In this document: piece after piece, positions 56,667 to 64,000 of the stretch | Layout of the letters: each line of letters begins with the position of its first letter | Numbering within the stretch: the first letter of the stretch is position 1 | The notes under the pieces: model-generated | What the model was told of the DNA's origin: nothing | Databases searched by the model: none | What the model saw: only the letters and a program-made list of their open reading frames with translations | Translations under genes and position numbers: made by a program | NCBI GenBank assembly: GCA_024407725.1 | Contig: JAKSVZ010000003.1 | Coordinates: 4,732 to 68,731 of the forward strand | DNA: 64,000 nucleotides | Direction of reading: 5' to 3' | From: Opitutales bacterium | GTDB lineage: Bacteria; Verrucomicrobiota; Verrucomicrobiia; Opitutales; UBA9783

Positions 56667-57083
56667 CTAATGTTTGATAGTTTTGGTTAATTTTTGCGCG
56701 ACTTGGAAACGCAAAATCTTATCTAAACGATCCAATTCTTCTTCATCCAACTGACGTTCAGTTTTTGCTTTTTCCAGCGCTTCTTTGGCCCGTTTAACCG
56801 CTTCGTCAATCGCCCCTTCATCCATGCTGTTTACATCAATAGCAGCTTCGGTTAAAACCACTAAGTCCGATCCCAGCAGTTTGAAAAAACCAGTGTCGAT
56901 AGCAATGGAGGTTGTGGATTGTGCGCTGCGATAGGTTAACGTTCCAGCCTCAATAATGCCGATAATCGGTAAGTGGCCATCTAAAATCTCAATTTCCCCC
57001 AAAGCGGTTGGCAACGTAACCGATGTCACTTGTACATCCATTACCAAACGCTCAGGAGTGATGATTTTTAGACTAAACGCCAT
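56667..57083 (-). CDS. atpC: F1 ATP synthase epsilon subunit
   Basis: 138 aa with an N-terminal beta-sandwich (LKIITPERLV...V.SV.LP...GE.EIL..H.P) and a C-terminal helical hairpin. It is the last gene of the atp operon. Confidence 0.85.
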   Translation of the reverse strand: MAFSLKIITPERLVMDVQVTSVTLPTALGEIEILDGHLPIIGIIEAGTLTYRSAQSTTSIAIDTGFFKLLGSDLVVLTEAAIDVNSMDEGAIDEAVKRAKEALEKAKTERQLDEEELDRLDKILRFQVAQKLTKTIKH

Positions 57084-57089
57084 AGGTTT

Positions 57090-59404
<2,315 letters not shown>

Positions 59405-59408
59405 ATGC

Positions 59409-60953
59409 TTAGGCCTGCTTTAAATTTTGGGCACCCCATTCTTTGAAAATACTTTCCATCTGTTGTTCTAAGGATTCCGATAAAACCTTTTCGCGCCGTA
59501 ATTGAGCCAAAAAGTCTTTCTTAAGATCCATGACATAATCGGTTAACGATTTTAGGATGGTAGGCATATCGGTTAAGGAAACGGCATCAAAAAATCCCTT
59601 TTGCATGCCCCACAAGAGCACTACCTGCAATTCTGCTGGTCGCGAAACATGGGCGCCTTGCTTGATGAGCTCCAAAATATGCTGTCCGCGCGTTAATTGT
59701 TGGCGGGTTTTTGCATCCATATCCGAACCGAACTGCGTAAAGGCTTGGAGTTCTTGATACTGTGCCATATCGAGTTTTAACTGACCCGCAACCTTCTTTA
59801 GGGCTTTAATTTGAGCAGCAGACCCTACGCGCGAAACGGAAATTCCGACCGAAATAGCTGGGCGTAAGCCTTGATTGAACAGATCGGTTTCCAGAAACAG
59901 CTGTCCGTCGGTGATGGAAATAACATTGGTTGGAATGTAAGCGGATACATCGCCTGCTTGGGTTTCAATGATAGGCAAAGCGGTTAAGGAACCACCGCCG
60001 TAATTGGAATTGAGGCGCGCTGAGCGTTCCAACAAGCGTGAATGAAGGTAGAATACATCTCCTGGGTACGCTTCACGACCCGAAGGACGCTTTAACACCA
60101 ATGAAATTTGTCGGTAGGCAGCTGCATGTTTCGATAGATCGTCGTAAACAATCAACGCATCCATGCCGTTTTGCATAAAATATTCGCCCATAGCTGTACC
60201 CGCATAAGGCGCAATGTACTGATTGGTTGCGTTTGCAGAGGCAGGAGCGGCTACCACAATCGTATATTCCAATGCACCCTGATCTTCTAAAAGCTTTAAG
60301 GTACGCGCTAAGGTTGCATTTTTCTGACCAATACACACGTAAATAGAGTAAACTGGGCGAAAATCAGGGTTGTTATCTGCAAGCCCTTGGCGGTTTAACT
60401 CTGCTTGGTGAAGAATGGCATCGAGCGCCAACGTAGTTTTACCGGTTGAGCGATCCCCAATGATCAACTCACGCTGTCCACGGCCGATAGGGAACATGGC
60501 GTCGACTGATAAAATACCCGTTTGTAAGGGTTGATCAACCGATTTACGGGTAATAATTCCAGGAGCAATTTTTTCAACGGGGTAATAGGTTTTAGTTGCT
60601 AAATCGCCTTTGCCGTCGATCGGATGACCTAACGCATCAACCACGCGCCCTAGTAATTCTTTACCTACTGGAACGGACAATAAGTGTCCGGTGGTTTTGC
60701 AGGAATCTCCTACCTTTAGTTGGCTATAATCACCAATTAAAATGGTTCGTACTTCATCTTCTTCCAAGTTCAAAGCAATGCCGTAAACGGAATTAGGAAA
60801 TTCCACCATTTCGTTGTACATGACATCGGATAGACCCGAGATCTTTGCAACTCCATCGGCTAACTCTTCAATCTTGCCGACGTTGGTGCGAATAGCCTTG
60901 GGTTGGAAAGAGCTGATCGCTGCTTTAATATCTGTATAAATGCTCGTTGTCAT
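59409..60953 (-). CDS. atpA: F1 ATP synthase alpha subunit
   Basis: Walker A GDRSTGKT, the conserved LLERSARL segment, and ..[18 protein letters not shown]. Confidence 0.97.
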   Translation of the reverse strand: MTTSIYTDIKAAISSFQPKAIRTNVGKIEELADGVAKISGLSDVMYNEMVEFPNSVYGIALNLEEDEVRTILIGDYSQLKVGDSCKTTGHLLSVPVGKELLGRVVDALGHPIDGKGDLATKTYYPVEKIAPGIITRKSVDQPLQTGILSVDAMFPIGRGQRELIIGDRSTGKTTLALDAILHQAELNRQGLADNNPDFRPVYSIYVCIGQKNATLARTLKLLEDQGALEYTIVVAAPASANATNQYIAPYAGTAMGEYFMQNGMDALIVYDDLSKHAAAYRQISLVLKRPSGREAYPGDVFYLHSRLLERSARLNSNYGGGSLTALPIIETQAGDVSAYIPTNVISITDGQLFLETDLFNQGLRPAISVGISVSRVGSAAQIKALKKVAGQLKLDMAQYQELQAFTQFGSDMDAKTRQQLTRGQHILELIKQGAHVSRPAELQVVLLWGMQKGFFDAVSLTDMPTILKSLTDYVMDLKKDFLAQLRREKVLSESLEQQMESIFKEWGAQNLKQA

Positions 60954-61340
60954 CTAAGATAAATGTTGTTTGATGTTTTCTAATTGTCCTTTTAACGAGA
61001 CGTCCCAACGGTTATCGCCGATTTGGAAGCGAAAGCCCCCTAATAATTCAGGATTTTCTTCTGCTACCCATTGGGTGTTTTTGTCGCTGAGCGCTTGGGC
61101 TTTGATTTGTTCCAACAATTCGCTTTGTAATTGATGGGCATACTCCAAGACAGCATAGCGATTTTTGTATTCTTTCAGGAGACAAAAGCCATAGTATTCC
61201 AAAAAGCATTTAGCATCGCGCGGATAGCTATGAATGAGGAAGTCGACAACCTCTTTAATGCGTGCTTGCAAAGAGGATTCCTGCCCCTCAAAGGTGATAC
61301 GGGCAAGCGTTTGGATCAATGCTTTATGCTTGCGTTCCAT
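60954..61340 (-). CDS. atpH: F1 ATP synthase delta (OSCP) subunit, short form
   Basis: It lies between atpF and atpA. The C-terminal OSCP-like motif is LLGGFRFQIGDNRWDVSLKGQL. At 128 aa, the N-terminal domain appears reduced. Confidence 0.7.
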   Translation of the reverse strand: MERKHKALIQTLARITFEGQESSLQARIKEVVDFLIHSYPRDAKCFLEYYGFCLLKEYKNRYAVLEYAHQLQSELLEQIKAQALSDKNTQWVAEENPELLGGFRFQIGDNRWDVSLKGQLENIKQHLS

Positions 61341-61893
61341 GATCTTCCTTTTCCGCTAATAGCGTTGCTGCTTTTTGGTTAAGCTTTTGGCGCATATCAT
61401 CTGTTAGGATGGAACTCAAAAGCTTTTCGGTTGCCGCTACTGCTAGGCTGGCCGTTTCATGCCGTACCTCGGATAGTAATTGGGCACGTTCCGTAACCAA
61501 TGCGTTTTGGGATTGTTCTAACAACCGAGCCATCTTTGCTTCCGTTGCCTTCGTCTGTTCGCTCGTATACAGTTCACAATCAGCTTTGGTTTTGGCCAAT
61601 AGTGCTTGTGCTTCCTTTTGAGCTTTGGCTAACGTATTGAGGCGCTCTTGCTCCGCTGATGCCAATTGGGCTTTCATGTCCTCTGTGTACTTTAGCCCTT
61701 CGGCAATCTTGCTTTTGCGTTCCTCAACGGTTTTGAGAACAGGCTTGATAGCGAAGCGATAAAGGAGGTAGGAGACCAAACAAAAGTTGATCATCTGTGC
61801 CACCAACAATTCAGTTTGTACTCCAAACGAATTGGCAAGGCGCACAACCGCATTGTCAGGCGTTCCTGCTACGGCCAAAACTCCAAGAATCAT
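61324..61893 (-). CDS. atpF: Fo ATP synthase b subunit
   Basis: A single N-terminal TM helix (QMINFCLVSYLLYRF) followed by a long charged coiled coil. It lies between atpE and atpH. Confidence 0.8.
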   Translation of the reverse strand: MILGVLAVAGTPDNAVVRLANSFGVQTELLVAQMINFCLVSYLLYRFAIKPVLKTVEERKSKIAEGLKYTEDMKAQLASAEQERLNTLAKAQKEAQALLAKTKADCELYTSEQTKATEAKMARLLEQSQNALVTERAQLLSEVRHETASLAVAATEKLLSSILTDDMRQKLNQKAATLLAEKEDHGTQA

Positions 61894-61899
61894 AAAGTA

Positions 61900-62109
61900 T
61901 TACCCTTGGTATAAGAAGAGCGAATAAGACGCTACTGCTTGCGCGGAAGCCGTACCTGAATTGGCCTGGACCAAGATTATAGCAGAAGCGCTTGGGTTAC
62001 GACCTACCTTTTCGACTGCTTTCATTCCGATTAGGCTAACACCAATAGCTGCTGCTAAGCAACCCAATGAGGAGGTTAATCCTCGTGCGATATCTCCAAC
62101 AATATTCAT
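61900..62109 (-). CDS. atpE: Fo ATP synthase c subunit (atypical: Gln at the ion-binding carboxylate position)
   Basis: 69 aa helical hairpin with the polar loop R37-N-P, lying between atpB and atpF. Residue 57, which is 20 residues after the loop Arg, is Gln (CAA; plus strand TTG at 61939..61941). Confidence 0.8.
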   Translation of the reverse strand: MNIVGDIARGLTSSLGCLAAAIGVSLIGMKAVEKVGRNPSASAIILVQANSGTASAQAVASYSLFLYQG

Positions 62110-62155
62110 GTTTTTATCTTTTTTTAAATGTTTTGTACGACTTCAATGAACCTCA

Positions 62156-62998
62156 TTACTCATGAGCTTCTTCATGGTTGCATATGCTACCAATATAGAC
62201 TGCTACGAGTAAAGTAAAAACGAACGCTTGGACAGCGCCAATTAAAATTTCGAGGAAATAGAAGGGAATGGGCACTAGGAATTTTGCCCATGGAGCTAAA
62301 GCCATGATGTTGTTGATGAGGTTTTCGCCCCCAAACACATTACCGTACAAACGAAAGGATAAGGAAATCAAGCGGAACAGGATCGAAATACATTCGATAA
62401 ATCCAACTGCTAAGAAGATGAAGAATAAAAAGGTGTAAATACCAAAAGATAATTCTGATCGATCCGCCTTATTTCCAAAGATATGCAGGAGCGTTCCCTT
62501 AAGCCCTTCGTTTTTGATGACGAAGTATCCCCAAGCGAGCATGGAGATAGCCGCTAACGCCAAAGTTGCGTTAAGGTCGGCGTTGGATGGACGGAAAAAG
62601 TAAGTAAAATGATTTCCTTGATAGAAACCAATAGTACCCACTCCCGGCAACAAACTGCTCCAATTTTGTATTAAAATGTAGATGAAAAACCCAATTAACA
62701 AAGGAAATGCTTGCCCCATAACGCGCTTGCCAACAATGGGTTCTACCAGCGAATAAATGCTCTCAATAATGCCTTCAATCACCAATTGGCGTTTGTTGGG
62801 TACCATCTGCGGCTTTTTGATCAACAAGCGCATCAGGATAATGATGGCTGCTGAAATAATCCATGTGTACAGCATCCCATTGGTAATGGGAAAATGCCCA
62901 ATGTGATAAAGGACGTAGGGTTTGGGGCTTACTGCAACGCCTGCATACGCGTTACCGCTGAGTAAGCAAGCTAAAATGATAATTCCCCATTTGTACAT
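62156..62998 (-). CDS. atpB: Fo ATP synthase a subunit
   Basis: 280 aa and polytopic. The stator Arg motif ISLSFRLYGNVFGGE is present, as is the C-terminal helix ..QAFVFTLL...Y. Confidence 0.9.
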   Translation of the reverse strand: MYKWGIIILACLLSGNAYAGVAVSPKPYVLYHIGHFPITNGMLYTWIISAAIIILMRLLIKKPQMVPNKRQLVIEGIIESIYSLVEPIVGKRVMGQAFPLLIGFFIYILIQNWSSLLPGVGTIGFYQGNHFTYFFRPSNADLNATLALAAISMLAWGYFVIKNEGLKGTLLHIFGNKADRSELSFGIYTFLFFIFLAVGFIECISILFRLISLSFRLYGNVFGGENLINNIMALAPWAKFLVPIPFYFLEILIGAVQAFVFTLLVAVYIGSICNHEEAHE

Positions 62999-63032
62999 GT
63001 CCGCTTTATCTTATCGTTTTTTTAAACGTTTT

Positions 63033-63920
63033 TCAATAGGTAATTTTTGATGCCTTAATGAACCGTTTTTTAGCCCAAAGTGTCCACAGGTAGATCACCA
63101 GTAAAACGCATAGGACGAACCAAGAATGGGTTAAGCTTCCGTTGCCCCACCAAGAGGGTGGTTGGGGGAAAAAATAATACCATTGCCGCGATAATAAAAG
63201 GACAAACACAAGACCTTGGTGAAATCCGATGCTTGCCCATAGCGTTTGGCATTGGGTGCGTAAATTGATTAATAGGCCGCTCAAAAGGAATAGGCATAGG
63301 AAATAAGTCAGTTGAAAGCCATGCACAATGTTAACTAGGGAACTTTTGGCGCACAAAAAACTTTGAATCCACAAGGATGGATGTTCGCTGTCGGTGCACA
63401 TGGAAAAGTGCATCAAGGCAAACAGGAGCGATAAGAATAGGGTGCTTAAGCCTACGGAATAGCGTGTGCGTAACGCGTCCCATAAGAATCCACGGAACAT
63501 GATTTCTTCCAAGCATACTAAGAAGAAACTGCCGACAAAAGCCCCACCGAAGCGCAAATGTCCGTCGGGGTAATGGAATACAGGGGGAATAACGGCCATG
63601 ATGATGGCAAATAGCACGCACCAAAGCAAGCAGCCGGCAACAAAGGTGCTTAGGTAGTATTTAAAGGTGCTGCGTAAGTGCCAATTGCCCCAAAAATGGT
63701 TGGATTTGGATAGCCAGAGAACCGTTGCAAAGAAGCTGACCATGCGTATGCGATCGAGGTATTGCGATAAAGGTTTTGTGGCTAAATGATGGAGGGCTTT
63801 TAGCGAACACGCATGATCGATGAGCTGTACGCATTGATGAAGGAGGGGGGTTAAGATGGCTGCTCCCAAAAGGACGCACAGATATAATCCGATAAGCCAA
63901 ATTAAGCTGAATTTTCTCAT
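63033..63920 (-). CDS. CPBP family intramembrane glutamic endopeptidase (CAAX protease/Abi-like)
   Basis: 295 aa and polytopic, with motif 1 EEIMFRG and motif 2 FALMHF. Confidence 0.7.
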   Translation of the reverse strand: MRKFSLIWLIGLYLCVLLGAAILTPLLHQCVQLIDHACSLKALHHLATKPLSQYLDRIRMVSFFATVLWLSKSNHFWGNWHLRSTFKYYLSTFVAGCLLWCVLFAIIMAVIPPVFHYPDGHLRFGGAFVGSFFLVCLEEIMFRGFLWDALRTRYSVGLSTLFLSLLFALMHFSMCTDSEHPSLWIQSFLCAKSSLVNIVHGFQLTYFLCLFLLSGLLINLRTQCQTLWASIGFHQGLVFVLLLSRQWYYFFPQPPSWWGNGSLTHSWFVLCVLLVIYLWTLWAKKRFIKASKITY

Positions 63921-63927
63921 GAAAACA

Positions 63928-64000
63928 TGGTGGGAAGTACTGGATTCGAACCAGTGACCCCTAGCGTGTCATGCTAGTGCTCTAACCAACTGAGCTAACT
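63928..64000 (-). tRNA. tRNA-Val (anticodon GAC), 5' four nucleotides beyond the window end
   Basis: The reverse complement reads ..AGT-TA-GCTC-AGTTGGTTA-GAGC-A-CTAGC-AT-GAC-AC-GCTAG-GGGTC-ACTGG-TTCGAAT-CCAGT-ACTTCCC-A-CCA. Confidence 0.8.

Overview
This is a gene-dense chromosomal segment with about 73 CDS, one complete tRNA-Thr and one tRNA-Val cut by the window end. Many genes are joined by ATGA/TAATG start-stop overlaps. I saw no integrase, transposase, phage gene, CRISPR array or rRNA.

The content is mostly housekeeping for a Gram-negative-type cell:
- Replication and translation: pth, rpsF-ssb-rplI, dnaB, dnaN, efp, truB.
- Envelope: bamA-skp-lpxD, lpxB, lolCD, ftsW-murG, a possible lptE, and several beta-barrel outer-membrane proteins.
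- Fe-S assembly: sufCBD plus sufT.
- Nucleotide metabolism: prs, thyA-folA, nrdDG.
- Other: glgA, and a complete F1Fo ATP synthase operon.

Several markers point to a host-dependent member of the PVC superphylum, most like an environmental chlamydia-like organism. They are a Tlc/Npt ATP/ADP translocase, T3SS export-apparatus genes sctS-sctT-sctU, RNase HIII, an RsbV-like STAS protein, a truncated ComEC and a PVC-type small basic protein. The anaerobic RNR nrdDG, hemW and three further radical-SAM genes suggest an anoxic lifestyle. This taxonomic placement is inference from gene content only; no searches were run.

Most notable observations, in order:
1. A tandem triplet of paralogous radical-SAM enzymes with a Cys-rich C-terminal domain (35151..38307). 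It lies between dnaN and the T3SS genes, with no recognisable substrate, transporter or partner gene. This is my best candidate for an undescribed system.
2. An ATP synthase c subunit whose universally conserved ion-binding carboxylate position is Gln. The operon sits directly upstream of the ATP/ADP translocase.
3. Four copies of the 10-bp palindrome CCTTATAAGG at 15-bp spacing, abutting the start codon of an outer-membrane-protein gene.
4. NrdD carrying a C-terminal thioredoxin-fold CxxC domain.
5. A T3SS export-gate fragment (S, T, U) with no sctR or sctV nearby.

All functional calls rest on motifs and family resemblance read by eye from the translations. HMM or BLAST confirmation is needed throughout.
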